Shown: positions 48,623 to 62,700, numbered from the stretch's first letter. The stretch is DNA of 64,000 bases from Raillietiella orientalis (GCA_036172245.1 JAYWIR010000076.1:186001-250000), one strand, 5' to 3'. Numbers and translations are program-made. Notes: a model not told the origin generated them from the sequence alone.

Positions 48623-51165
48623 GCATTGCCGAAACCTGGAGGAAGTTGATGAAGGGGAAACTGGTCACAGAACTCTCGGACTGAGCGTTTTATTTTGTCT
48701 AAGTCAGCGAGAGTCTGCAGTTCACAACTACGCAGGAATGCGCGCAGATTTTCGCGCGTTACTGCGAGTCGCAACCAGTCCTCAGGCAGACGCCACGCTT
48801 CGGAGGGTGGACCTCTGTAGCGCGGATGAATGTTGATCACTAGCCGAGGATGATCGGACAGCTCCGACGCAATTGCCCCTCGAGTCCCCACCCGCGTACA
48901 CAAGTGGTTATCGAAGAACACGTGGTCGATTCTGCTTCTCACCCCGGCTTCATCGGCCAACAAGTTGCGTGTGTGCATAGCCGCACACAACTCGTTGACC
49001 AATTGTGCTCGTATGTCGGGCGCTTCCGACAACAGGCGGACGTTGAAGTCTCCCGCTATCGAATGCGACCGCCGCACGCCTGCTTCGGCCAGCCAGTCTC
49101 TCCGCAGGGCTTCGAAGAACGCAGTGCGTTCTGCGCGCCTGTGGCTGGTGCAGGGCGCGTACAGGTTCGTGACTACGAGGTCGATCGATTCGGACCACTT
49201 AAGGACAAGTTGTCCAAGTCGACCTTCCTCGTCGAACTGTGCACTGCGCACCGCATTGGCGACGGCTGGCTTCAGCAGGAAGGCCACTACGCGGGAGTGG
49301 TCTCCTCCACCACGCCAAAGTAGTCTTCCCTTGTGAGCCTCTCGATTTCCTGGACGTCCTCTGCTCTGAGGGCATGCACCTCTTGGAGAAGTGCCAGGTC
49401 CAAAGGTCGCAGGGTGTGGGCCACGATACGCCTCTTGCTTTCGCTACGCAGCCCGTTGACATTCCAACAGGCTATACGCAGCTGCCGGCAAGAGGCGATC
49501 CCACGCATCATACTAGTGACGGTGGTGGCGTGTGTATTGCCGCCTCCTGTTCGGGAGGCGGCTGGTCGCTGTCCATCTGCGGTGGTGGCGTTTCGGCAAC
49601 GACCGGAACATCTGCAGCCGGACTGCAGTCTATAGGGAGGACCGATCGGATGCTGTCGATAGAGGGATCCCGCGACCTCGCGGACATCGCCTCCTCGCTA
49701 TCCGAGCGCATCTCCTCCACCTCAGCCTGAGGGGGAGCGACGCGCATAGGGTTGCGCGACTTCCGGCCCGCCTTCCTCTTCGGAAGGACGACGGTGGGAG
49801 GGTTTCCGGCTTCCTCCTCGGACCCGGAAGTTTCCGGGCCCTTAACTTCCGCCGGACATCTGACGGCCTTCTTTGCAGCCTTAGGCGGCTGCATTAAGGT
49901 GGCCGCGAGTTCCTCCGCCGCCTTCGCGAAGTTTTTCTCGTCGCTGCTGCTCGCGTGTTTGTCGCAGGATTCCTGCGGCGGTTCCGCGGCGTTCGCGACG
50001 GTTGCGGGAGTCGCGTTCGCCGATCGACGCTCGATCGACGGAACGCGCTCGATTGTAACGCGGCATTCCTTTATGGATCCGCGCGGCGAAATTTTTGGTT
50101 TGCCGACCGCGGGCTTTTTCGGAACGCTCGCGTTCTGATTTTTTGAGTTTTTTGTGGGGATTTTTTTGTTTTGTTTTCAATTTGTTTGGGTTTTTTGCCG
50201 GAGACGATTTTCCAGCCTTCCTCGTCGGCATTTGGATCAGTAGTCTTTTTTTGAGGCTCCTGCTTCTTGTGCACGACTTCTTCTAAAGTTAGCTTTCCAT
50301 CGCTCTTTGCTTTAAATTCTGCCTTCTTCCCCTCGTTTGTCGAAGGGGCTGAAGGCGTTGTCGCGGCGTTTTTCGGGCACACAGCACTAGTATGGCCCTT
50401 CGCGCCGCAGGTTGGGCATGTGGCATCCGGGCATCTCTTTTTAAGATGCCCGAATGTGTTGCACAGTCCACATTATTGTTCCTTCCCCACGTACCAGAGG
50501 TCGACAAGCTCGTCGTTGACTTCAAGCTTGTGGGGAAGTTCTTTGTTTTCGCGAAGAGTTACGCGCGCGGCCACTCGCCCACTGAATGCGCCTCGATAAG
50601 TAAAGGCGTTGGGCTTTGACCACATCGCGTATATCTCCGCGAATTTGTTGATTTCAGTGCGGATGGCTTCATCGGTCATCCGCACCGTTGTACCCGTGAG
50701 GTGGATCACCATTGATTGATCCACCGTGTGTGGGAAAAGATTCCGCCATTCGAACGGAACGGGCGTGCAGAGCAGTTTGTGTGTGAGCGCCGCATCTTTG
50801 CAGATCAGCTCCGCGAACTGCCCGCCGCTCCGAATCGAGAAGCAAAGAATCTTCTCGTCAGAGATTCCCATCCTACGGATGGCGTTTCCAAATTTCCGCG
50901 TTGTAAGCGGTGAATAAAGATTTCCTACCTTGTAAAGGAGGACTGGGTTGTAGCCCTCCTTTATGTAGGCCTGCATTTCGGTGACCACTTCCGGCGGAGC
51001 CGCCGCGGCCACCTTGTTCCACGCCCTCGCCGGGGTGGCGGGGACTGATTTTCTGGTGGGGCATGACCCCACCTCCATAGGTTAGGGAGACGTGGACCTC
51101 ACGTCTCCCGTCGGAGGAACTGCGGCGTCTTCAGGCATTTCTGCCTTCCAACGGCCGCACTTCCG
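48623..51165 (-). mobile_element. B-like element B': ORF1 and endonuclease, truncated at LPPGFG by G2
   Basis: ORF1 GYNPVLLYKVGNLYSPL resembles 12722 onward; TGATG at 49510-49506; CWNVNGL, AGDFNV, SDHP. Confidence 0.85.
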
Positions 51166-51507
51166 ATTCGAGAAAGCGCGTGTACACTCAAGGTTGTTTA
51201 CCTTGTAGAGTAGAGGGGGATTGTACTTGTCCTCCAGGTAGGCTTTCCACTCATCCGCAGCCGCTTGCGTTGGCGCCGCAGCCACGGAACTTTAGCTGCT
51301 CCCTAACGAGGGAGTCGCTTCGGGGGGGGGTTTGCCCCCGCATCCATTGATTCGGGAGGCGACATAGACGTCGCCCCCTCTTCAACATTGGTGGTGGTCC
51401 CAGGCATTGCTACCTAGCCACCACCGAATCCACTGGCACACCAAGAAAGAAAAGAAAAATATAGAACCACAAACGCTCAAGAGCGAAAGAAAAACCCGTC
51501 CGCTCTC
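51166..51507 (-). mobile_element. Family C 5' end (C2)
   Basis: Inverted match to 17608-17960. Confidence 0.85.
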
Positions 51508-51763
51508 GCTCGTGGACTGGGACGATCTAAAAAGATCGGTCCGCGAGTTCTGCTGCCGGTTCCCCTTGCGGCTGCTTTTCCGTGGCGTGAGGGCAGGAGT
51601 GGACAACAACAGAGAGTTTCTGCAGGCCAGACGATTCTCCCGATGCCCGGACGTCTGGCACCTTGCGGACTACAAGGCCAAGGCTGAGCGCCAGGATTGA
51701 TAGTCAGGATCGGCTTGTCTGCTCGACGACCAGGGTCTGGAGTGCTCAAGCGCGGGCGACGTT
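51508..51763 (+). mobile_element. Family H ORF2 linker fragment (H2) between C2 and B2
   Basis: LVDWDDLKRSVREFCC...ECSSAGDV; inverted match to 17352-17607. Confidence 0.85.
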
Positions 51764-54747
51764 TGTTAGTCAAATATGCTGAGGCATTTATCAATTTTAT
51801 CCTCACAGAATTAGTTAGTAAAGTCTTTAAAAAGTTTGTTGTGGGGAAACACTTGATTTTACCACCTTGGTTGACGTCTTGGTTGCCGGTGCATAGAACG
51901 GTTAGGTGCATTCCTGAGGCGCATGAGAACGTAAAATTTAGAACAAAAAGAAACAAAAAGAGGAATAACGGAAAAAGAAACAGTAATATGAAAGAGAGTA
52001 TGGGGCAGAGAAGCGATCACTGGGCGCCTAGGTTGGTCCTCTGCATCGAGTTTAAAATGCAATCAAGTTCTGCTTTCACTATTGGAGGTAGACGCCACCT
52101 TGTGCCGTCTCTAAAAGGATCGTTGTACAGTTGATGGCGTCCCTGCATCTTGGTCCTCTTCTTCTGGCGTTACACCTTTGCACAATGCCGCGCACGCAGC
52201 AGAGGACTGCTAGAAACGCAGCGGGGCGCAGGCCGTCACGCAGAAAGAGGCGACGGTAAATGTCTATACGGTCGCCTACTGGAAAATGGACGATTGGGGC
52301 GATTCGACTCCAGAGTCTATCCAGGGCGACACACTGTAGGGTGAGATGCGAAAAGGTTTCTTTTTCACCGCATTCGACACAGCGGGCATCCACGTTCCTC
52401 AGTGTCCAGTGAGACAGGCGTGCTCTGCTTAACAGTCCCCAGTGCAGAAATAGCAACGGCGTCTCCTGCCACTTTAACGGAAGTGTGCCGCAATACCAAC
52501 ACGCTGGCGGTCACTTCACCACCTCCGGAGGCATCGCGAGCAGCTCTCCCCAGCGCGCAATTCCGTGAAGCGGGACGCTCGTTGTGGCAGCGTTTGTTAG
52601 CTCCCGAGTCGTCCACGCCCTTAAAGGTTTTTTCCTGCCTCGGATAAGGCAGAACACTTCCCACGATGCCCGCGCGTTTCTGCTCCTAGTGTTTTTTAGG
52701 GAGGACAGAACGGGGGCAAGGGGGCCATAAGCAGCCCACAGAAACTTTTGCGGCGTGTTGATAATCTCCTGCAGCGGCTGTCGAGCGTACGGTCCTCGTC
52801 ATAGGCAGTTGTATTCCGCCTCGCTCGTACCGTTGATCTTGGCCCACGCGGAGGCTGACTCCCGAAGCCAGGCAGTGCAGTTCGCAAGGAGGCCGAAGAT
52901 CCAGGTATTTTCCTTCTTCATAACGACCATCTGGCGCAAATGGGTGCCACAGTTGGAGGGGCTTCGCTGGTAGGTCACGATGATCGAGGACAAACCTTCT
53001 CTGCCGGTCGCTCTTCTGACGAGGAGCCGCGGCGGATCGCACCATGGCGTCATCTATAATCTAGCGAAGGGGCCAACTTTTGTAGTGTTGTTTGTACTTG
53101 GATGCGCTCCAACGTAAGGAGGCCCAAGCCACCATTCCTGCGTGGAGCGCAACAGTCTTTCAGTCAGACACGCGATCTCGCTGTGCCCCAAGGGCAGTCG
53201 ACAAGAAAGCTTTGGTCCGTCTCTGTATGATGGGAGGGGCGGGGCAAACAAAATGAAAGAGGCGAAGGAGGGGGGTTGTCAACGCGTTCCACACCGCGGC
53301 TTGCTCCTGCAAGTAAAACTTGCCGTTCCGAAACTGGCCGATCGCCAACTCCACCTTTTGGACACGGTCGGACCAGGCTTCTGCAGCGCAGAAGTCCCCC
53401 AACGGAACGCCAAGGTACTTGAAGCACCTGCCTGTGAACATCCCTAAGCGGATTCAATCCGACCGTCCGGTCCACGCCGTATTTTCAAAAAGCAGTGGTG
53501 ATGTAGGAACGATTGTGGATTTCTCTCTGTTCACCTCGAGGCCCGTCCCGCGGCGCAGCAACTCAAAGAAATCTTCGAGCGCCGACGCCAGGGTAGTTTT
53601 GTGGAGCAGGAGCAGAAGGTCGTAGGCGTAAGCCGACACGGCAGGCTTGCCGGGACACGAACTTGGCAGGGTTGCGAGAGTCTCACTGTATGCCCTCAGC
53701 ACCAGCTGGAAGTAGATGCTGAATAGCAAGGGCCTCAGACTGTCACCCTGCCTTATGCCACGCCGAGCCGGCACGCCGTACACGTGCTGGCCGCTAAAAG
53801 AGATGTTTATTAGAGCGAAGCTCCAGCAGGAGCGCAAGTAAGCTTGGAAGACATCCGGAAATCCCAAGCGTTTCCGGAGCTCCATAAGGAGTTTCTGGTC
53901 GACGCAATCGGAATCTTTACGCAGATCGACTGCAACCGCAAGGGCACCAAGGGCGGCTCTTCCATGAAGGGAGTCTTCTCTCTGGTCAGAGGAGAATCCA
54001 GGATTCTCTTGACCTCCCTGGTCTTCGCTTTGTTGCAACTGCCACCATGTACTGGCGAGGAACAGGTTGGCCTCCATGCTTCGTCCGGGAACAGCGTATG
54101 TCTGCTCCGGACTCACCACGGATTCCGCCACCCGTCCCAGTCGCTCAGCCCAAAGCTTGGCAAGCAACTTCGCATATGCATTCACTACTGTGATATGACG
54201 TCAGTTGCCTACGTTGAGATTGTCTCTTCCTTTCGGCAAGAGACGTACTCTAGCTGACCGGAACGATTTGGGGACGTCCCCTTGTTCTCGGATCAGCATG
54301 CAAAGCCGATGCACCAGGGGGGCCAGCTCCGCCACGATGCCTTGATATAACTCCGCGGGCAGACCGTCTTCCCTGGTGCTTACCTCTTTCTGAGCTCTCC
54401 TATGGCGAAGATGATCTCCGTTATTAAGAAAGGCTCCTCCAGTTGATGTTTCTGCTCGTCCTGTAGCGCGAGAGCGCCTTGGGGAAGCAGGCTCTGCGCC
54501 ACGGCGCGCTCTGTTGTCCTACGTGCGTACAAGAAGGAGTGAAAGTCATGCAGGATCCGGATTATTTTCGATGGAGCTTAGCATTCTTGCCCTTGGACGT
54601 TCAGCAAGCTGGCCAACTGGGATTGCCAACTCTGTCGCTCAGACCCAGCTGCATACTTTGCAATGCGTCGAACGTCGGGAGTCCTAGAGTAAAGACGGGC
54701 GTGATGGTATGCCCGGTCGTTCCTCAGCCCGTCGCCGACACCTGTTT
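51764..54747 (-). mobile_element. Family B 3' ORF2 and 3'UTR (B2), disrupted
   Basis: Inverted match to 14381-17351; RT has YAYD. Confidence 0.88.
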
Positions 54748-56767
54748 CGAGCGGACGTGTTTATCCTTCGCTCCCCAGTGAGTAGACAGGAAGCGGTTTT
54801 TTCTGTGCTGTTTTTGGTGTGGAACATCGTTGGTTTCCGATGGCAGAGATGCCTAAAGGCATTACGATGGAGGTAGGTGTAAGGGAGGCTTGCACACCCC
54901 CAAAGCCTACAGAATCAGAGGCGTCCGCCTTGGAATCGCCTTCGCCGCCCAAGGCGAGGAGCTGGAGCGCCATGGTGGCCGCGCCTAGCGCGGAAGCCAT
55001 GGCCGAGATGGCAGCCTAATGGGCAACTGGGTGCAAGCCCAGCCTGGTGTACCAGGTAGGCAATCTCTTTGACGGGCGTACTGCACGCGCTTTTTCGAAG
55101 GCGCTGCAGAACGTCAGCGTTTTAGAGAAGGATCTTGACGGTCTATCCGTGTTCAGCGGGGGTCAGCGCGTAGAGGTTGTCAGCAAGGACATCACCGTTG
55201 CGCAAAGCTTGATTACTACCCTGCTAAACGTGGACGGACGCAAGATCCTGCCATTCACGTTCGACCGCTCCGCAGTGGTCCATCTGACTGGGATCACCAG
55301 CCGCATGACGCGGTATGCGGTTGGTGATCAGCTGAAAAAATACGGCGAAGTACACGCGCTATGGCCAAAGGCCACAATCTTTGATGGCTACGATAGCCTT
55401 TTCGGAGGGCAGTCCGCCGCGCGTGTCACGGTGAAGAAGGATAGTGGGCTTCCCCACAAACAAGAGGTCAATGACGAAGTCGTAGACCTCTAGTACGTGG
55501 GAAAACCCCAATATTCTGGCTACTGCAATGCAGTAGGACACCTTCGTAAGAGGTGCCCTAACATTGTGTGCCACTTATGCGGAGAGAAGAGCCACGTGCG
55601 CAGCGTGTGCCCTAAACGCCCCACTCCGGTGCCACCTGCTGGAAAGAAAGCGCAGGCAAAACGCGGAAAATTGGTCAAAAGAGCAAAACGAGATACTGGC
55701 CGGCAACAGTCGCAAGCCCCCGTTCCTCCCACACTGGATCCGCTTCTTCGGAAGAAACACCTTCCGAAGAAGCGGGAGACCAGGACGGCTGGCAGCTGGT
55801 GATGGCCAGAAAAAAGAAAAAGGTGCCCCCCGCGGAACCCGCGAAAGCAGTGAAAAAGACAGCCGGCAAGGCAAAAAAACCTGGGCCGCGCTGCAATACC
55901 ATGCGGGAATGTATAGTGGCACTGGAACGCATAGCCGTTCCCGAGACTGCCACCCGGGGCGACTAGCCTTTCCTCGCCGTTTCCGCCGCGCCCTTGGTTC
56001 GCGAATGCGATCCCTCTGTTTACACAGAGGGTGAGCCGCGCGAAATAGTGAAGGTCGAAGCCGAGGATGCCGCGTTCGCGCAGACGGCGGAGAAGCTCGC
56101 GGCCACGCTGGCCGAGCGTGAGAACCCCTCGCGCAAGGCAGTGCGAAGGCCGGCTCAGCCTAAGAAGGCCCCCGAAGGTGAGATCGACCTGAGCCGGAAG
56201 TGCATCCTTCTCCTCGAAGGCAGCCCCCAGGAAGTCGGCACTTATTCCCACAAACCCAGGAGGCGCCTCCCGTCCACCAGCGAGGAGGAGAAGCAGGAAG
56301 GTAGCATGAGCGTGGGAAACCCGGAGGTAGAACTCCCACGCTCGGAAGCCGTCGAGCGGGCCACCTCCATGGAGGAAGGTTAGCAGGGGGCGAAATCCTC
56401 CCTGAAGTCGTCGAGCCTGAACAGGCCGCTTTCTTGGAGGAGGGCCAACAGCTAGGCGCGACCTCACCTGAGGGTGACCCTCTCGACGCGCCGTTACCCA
56501 TAGAGGAGGGGGACCAGGTGCACTCAGCTACTCACCCTCCGTCTCCACCTAGCGTGTCCCCTCAACAGGTGGCGGACGCCGCATCGCCATCTTTCCAGGA
56601 GTAACACCTAAGCTCACCCGTTGCCGTCGGATTCCCGCCGCCTGTTGCAACGTCAACGGGCTGCGTGACGACGGTAACAGGAGAAATACGGCCGACACCC
56701 TGCGTGAGCTCGACCTGGCTCTGCTGCAGGAAATCCACGTGATCACCGCGGCAGACGCCCAGGAGAT

Positions 56768-59700
56768 TTCTCACTCGGTCATGCCGGGGCGTTTATTCCA
56801 TATAACATAACCAAAAAAACCAATTATACAAAATAAAACAGTTGGGAACCAAACTCCCAACCGACGACTGAACAAGAATGAAGAGAATAGTGCTGGTACG
56901 CAGGCCAGGGTAACAGTTTTGCGAACGGTGTGGGGGAGCGGGGAACACAAAGAAACCAAAATAAAATAAAAAAAATGAATAAGAAGGACGGGATAAGGGT
57001 CTTTGGGATCGCTCTGGAAGACACGGGGATAAAAGCATAAGCACCGGAAATTTTAGCGAGCGAACGATGACGGGGTATGGGTGAGCGAGAGGTCGCAGGG
57101 GTCACCGGATTATGCCGTTCTCAAAGGTGTGTAAACCGGCGATGTATGCCGGTGATGTCTTCATTCACCTTGTCACGAAGATGAGACCACCTTGAAGTCT
57201 TCTCCATGAATAGAGCTGCAAGCAGGTGAGCCTCCCTCCGCTGCGCTGACAGTAAGCAGTTTGGCCACAGGGCCGGCGCTTGCCCAACGTATCGTTGATT
57301 CCGCTGCGGCTAAGTAGGACATCAAGTCCGAAACTGCCCGCAGCCGGAGGTGTGCTTCTTCTGCAAGAAACACGGACATGCCAAATGGAGCTGTCCGGAG
57401 TTTGCAAACTGCAGAAGGATTCGAGGTCTCTCTCCCGTAAGAGAGAGAAACACCAAGGAGGTGGAACAGGCTCCGAAGGCAGGATGGCCGAGGAAGGTGA
57501 AAGATGCCGTCCCGGTATCGGAAGACGGCTTCATACAGGTAATGAAGAAAGGAAAGAGGAGGATGCTCGTCAAGGAGCAAGAAGCTCTTCTTAGCCTGGA
57601 AGGTGAAGAGCAAGAAGGCGAGAAGATGGAGGTGGCGCAGGAAGGCGCGGAAGAAGAAATAGCCGAAGCCACTTGGTGTCGCAGGAGGCCCTGCAATCTA
57701 CTAACGAGCTGGCATCACTGGCTAATGAAGTCCTAGAGGTGCAGAGCGGTCCCCAACAAGAGAAAATCTTGCAGAAGTTCTGCAATGCACAGGAGAAGGT
57801 CAACCAGGCTGTGGAGGTCACCGAGCGCGAGAAGCTAGAGGAACAGCTTCTCGACGTAAAAGCGAACTTCTGCGCCGAGGTCGAGATAGAGACGCTATCT
57901 CGAAAACTGATCGGGTGGGCCGAACACTTGACGGAGGAGGCGGAAGTTACCAACCTCATCGGAACAGAGAGTGACGCCGGCAGCGAGAAGCCCGCTGCTT
58001 CTTCATTGTCTGGAAGAGCACGCTCTCTCAGACAGAAGAAGCTCAGGAAGGCCAAGAAATAGGTCTTCCTTTTTTATGGCCTCTTCACTATAGACCGCCA
58101 GAAGGCTGAACATCGCCTCCTGGAATGTAAACAGTGTGGTCGACCAGCGAAAAAGAAAAAGGACTGTGCGGACCATCGCACAAGACATAGCGTGCCTGCA
58201 GGAGACCCACAAGATGGGTCTCGAGATTAGTCAGCAAATGGAACGGCGACTCAACGGGCAGATGTTCTTAACGAAGGAGAACGCAACACGAAGGGTGTGG
58301 CGGTGCTAATAAAGAACCACTTAGCCCCCACTATTCTGGAAGTGTTCTGTCCTTAACCCGGACGAATCATCGGCGTGCGACTGGCCTGGTCCGCTACTGT
58401 TCACCTCATCCTGGTGAACGCGTACGGGCCGCACAGGCTGAAACATCGTAGTGCGGAGGCGCTGCATGCAGCACTCCGTGAAAAGCTTGCCCTTAAGGAC
58501 GTCGTGATTGTTGCTGGCGATCTCAACATATTGGATGTGATCACTCACTCCCTAGACGCCAGAGGAAGGACGGCGTATCGGCGGTTATCCGAAGAGTTCG
58601 GACTGGTGTGGCGAACTGGAAGTCACAAGCCGAGCGATCACGTCCTGCACAGCACCGAACTTGGGAATCGCATCTAGGGTTTTCGAGACATTATGACCAC
58701 GGTGTCCGATCAACCCCTGGTGCGGTTTTACTTCAGAACGGAGAATCCTCGGCAACGCAAGGCACCAGGGCGGCGCTCATCAGCATGCCCGCCTGGTTCG
58801 AAACCCATAACGGACATCAGGCTGTCCTAGAGACGATTCTGAAGGCAACAACAATCCGAAGAGTCGCCGACTGGGATAGCCTGAAACACAGGATACACCT
58901 GTTTGCAAACATTCGGTTCGGGAATAGGTGCTTCAAGCAGAAGGCGTACCGGTAGCTGAACATTCAAGATCGCTCACTCGCAAAGTACTTCGATCAGTAC
59001 GAGAGTCGGTACGACTTCAAGAACATAAAAGGGGAAGTCGGTGTGCTGGAGAAGAGAAATCTGGCAACAGATATCTTCTGCATCCAGTACGACGGTCAAA
59101 AGCAACAGTCGTCTGAGGACATCGTGGCTGCCTTTCACAGGCATTACACGAAACACTTCAGGCGACAACAGCTCTGTCGCTCTAGTCAACAGGCCTTTCT
59201 TAGCTACCTCGAGAAGAGGACCGACGATCTCCAGCGAAACAGATTGGAGGAGGAATTCTCCGAAAACGAGGTGAAGACTGCGTTTGGTCAACTGCGCAAG
59301 GACGTGGCAGCGGGCCCTGACAGCGTACCCATCACTCACTATCAGCGGTACCTGCATGCCTACCTGCGTTTGTTCCACCATTTGACCCTCTGCAAACGCG
59401 AAGAACGAAGACTTCCACAGTCTTTCTACAAGAGTCGGATGAGATTGTTGCTCAAAGGAGGCGACCTCACGCAGGTCGCTCAATGGAGGCCAATCTCGAT
59501 CCTGAACTCCGATGCCAAGTGGTTGGCGAAGATCTGGTCCAACCTCTTAGGCAAGGTCATGTCGAGGCTCATCTCTCCGGTACAAACGTGCGCAGTCCCT
59601 GGACGTCACATGTCGGACGATGTCAAGTGTGCCCAGGCCAGTGTCGGACTCGGCCGATACGTCGGCGAGAACCTGGCGCTAGTGTTCACTGACATGGAGA

Positions 59701-62700
59701 AGGCTTTAGACTCCATCGATTATGGGATGCTGCTGAAGGTTCTGGAGAAGCTAGGCCTTCCGGAACACTCCAGCAACTTCGTGAGCGTGGAACTCCAGAA
59801 CCAGTACTGCCGAATCAAAATCAACAACCAGGAGACGGCAGCAATCCGGATGGAACGGGGAGTTCGGCAGGGCGATTCGCTAATTCCGATGCTGTTCGTC
59901 ATCTACATGGAGGCGTTGTCGTCCTTTATCAAGAAGAGCGGACGACTGCAAGGCATAACAATTGATAGCCAGCGTCTTACCCATTTGGCATACGCTCATG
60001 ATCTACTCTTCTTTATCGAGGGAGAGAGCAATCAACGAGCGTTTCTGGATGTGGTAGACCTGATGGATCAAGGCCAGGGTCAAAAGATGAACGCCCAGAA
60101 AAGCCAGCTCTTGCCCGTTGGAATCCTCGATCTCTACGCCCTAGCGGGGAGAGCATTCCGAACGGTGGATAAGGCCAAGTACCTGAATGTCTGCATTGGC
60201 GACGTCTTACCGTCGAAGCTATTGTGGACCGAGATCCTAGAGAAAACGGCCAAGGAAGCAGCCAAGTACACCCGAACGGTGCTTAAAATGAAGCGAAAGG
60301 CCAGCATATAAACGGAGTACTCCTTCCGAAAGTGCTCTTCGGGGCGGCCATCGCGATGATGAACAAGGACACCACGAGGGATTTCGACAAGCTGCAGAGA
60401 AAAACACTGTGGGGCCACTATCGCCCAAGAGTCCGTCTAAAACTTCTGTGTCGTCCCAGGGAAGAAGGCGGTTCCGGGATGAAGTCGCTTGCACACTCCA
60501 TAGAAATCATGGATACGCGACACATCCTGGACATTGCCACTCACTGGGATGACTGGCCGTATGCCACGCACAGGGCCTACGCGTTGTTGTTGAACAACTC
60601 GAAAGGCCTGATGACTGCGCTGCTAGGCCGAGCAGGCGGATGGAAAAAAATCGTCCCAACCTGGACGAAGAAACAACGGCTCGTGCGAAAGTACAAAATC
60701 AAGATCGTGCCGAGAAGTAGGGAACTCTGACAGGACGAGTCCATCCTGGTGATCGCTTGGATGCTTCCTGTCCCGCTAAACACGAGAAGGTGGATCCACC
60801 AGCGGTCCAGAGTTACCCTTGAGCGAATCCAGAAGTGGAAACGAGGAGAGTACCTACATCACCCTCGTATACTTAGGTATATAGAGATGATGTTAGGAAG
60901 GTTTACCCACATGACTCGCGAAGTGTGGTTCAACCACAACGTCTTTGCGTGGTCAAGGGTAACCAAAACAAACCTCCGAAGACTAATTCAAGAAGAAGAC
61001 AGTGATATTAGTGCCCTCCAGGAAGCCGCTGATCGCTACGGGAGCTACCGGATCAACCTGTTAGCGATTGGCTCGACGCTCTGTAGGAGTGATCTTCCGC
61101 CGGGCACCCAGGATGACCTCCTGATGTTTTATCATGGAGGAATCCAGAGTGGGTCCCGATTGCAGCACTACACCGGAAGAAGGGAAGATCGAGACTGCAC
61201 AGCATGTGGAGACATCGACACGAGACTTCACGTCTTGACGTGTTCCACATTGCTGCATGACTGGCTGATCCTGAAAAGGATCATCGGTCTCACCACCAGG
61301 TCCGTAATGGAGATCCTCGCCGGGATGTTTCAGGGGGATGGTAATGTTCCCTGTTACAATCCCATGGTGAGGACTACCATCGCCCTCTTCATCACCGCCA
61401 TACTTTTGCGGTGGTGGAAAATGAGGAAAGCCAGAAGAGCCGCACCACCGATGGAGATCCTACAAGGGCTCTTGAAGAGGGAAATCGGCATTAGAAACTG
61501 TGGGAAAATCGAAGCCTGGACGTACCGATTCATCCTGAAGAGGATAGAAGACAACGCCCGGGACCAAACAGTAGGAAACCCACCATGAGTGCAGAACTTG
61601 TGAGAACCCAAGGACTTCATAGTGGTAAAAAAAGTGCTAATGGTATGGATGAGATTGTAGTGTGAATGTTTTTATAGAAAAATTTTAGAAAAATAAATTG
61701 ACGTCACCCCTCGTGGGACTTGGGGAAAACTGCCGAGTCGGCGATGGGGCCACTGCATGCAGCGTGCTTTTGCTCGTCGCGACGCTGCTTTTTACGGCTT
61801 TCGTAGCCTTTGCAGAGGGGACTGCGCTGCACTGGGGCTGTCCGGAACTCGGAAGGGACAAAGGAACGGGGCTAAAACTCTTCGTGCTATTGCGATCTTT
61901 TTGTTTTTCTACCTTTCCCTTCAGGGTGTTACGGAGATTTCCTGGTTCCTGGCTCGGAGAGTTGCCTGCGAGTTCTGCAGAGAGGGAAGGCACGGCACGC
62001 GTCAAACCCTCGGGCCCCTTTTTAATTGGCTTCCCCGCCGTGACTTTCCACTTTCGGGGCGTTGCGGGCGGGGATGCTTTCTTTTCATCCGCGGATCGCT
62101 CGTGGTTTTTTGCGAGTTTTTGCGGACGACGTTTTTTATTTGCCGCTGCGGCTTTTCGTGCAGTGGTCTCTTGAACCCGACGAATTTCTGCTGCGGCTCT
62201 TTTTCTTGCAAGTTCCGGGCACTTTTTGATTTCGTGCCCGGAATCTTTGCAATAGCGGCAACTTGGAGAAGGGCACACTTTAATTCGGTGCCCATCCTTG
62301 CCGCACTGCTCGCACGCGCGAGTCTGGCCTATGAACCACAGGTGAACGACCGTGCCGTTCACCTGCAGCTGCTCAGGCACTACACGCCTATTCGCGAAGG
62401 TGATCCGCGCGGAAACTTGTCCGATGTGGACAGAGGAGAAATCCTTCAAAGGGTTCGGCGTCCTCCAGAGGGCGTGCACGGTGGAGAACTTCGCCAGCAC
62501 ACTTACGACATCGCGGTCGGAGATTTCCGGTTCGATGTCGCACAATTGAACGACAAAAGAGTCGTCCATCGCGGTAGGTAGGACTTCCTTGCCATTGATG
62601 GTCAACGGAGTACGGAGAAGGCGCTGCACAAGTGCTGCGTTCTTGCACCGAATCTTCGTATATTCCATCCTGCCAGCAGGCATTATGGCAAGGAGTTCCT

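Noticed and set aside
51508..54760. Repeated B, C and E insertion sites counted as independent proof of site specificity
   Set aside because: Shared defects (YAYD) and shared junctions suggest segmental duplication of the block at 13.6-18 kb, so they are not independent.
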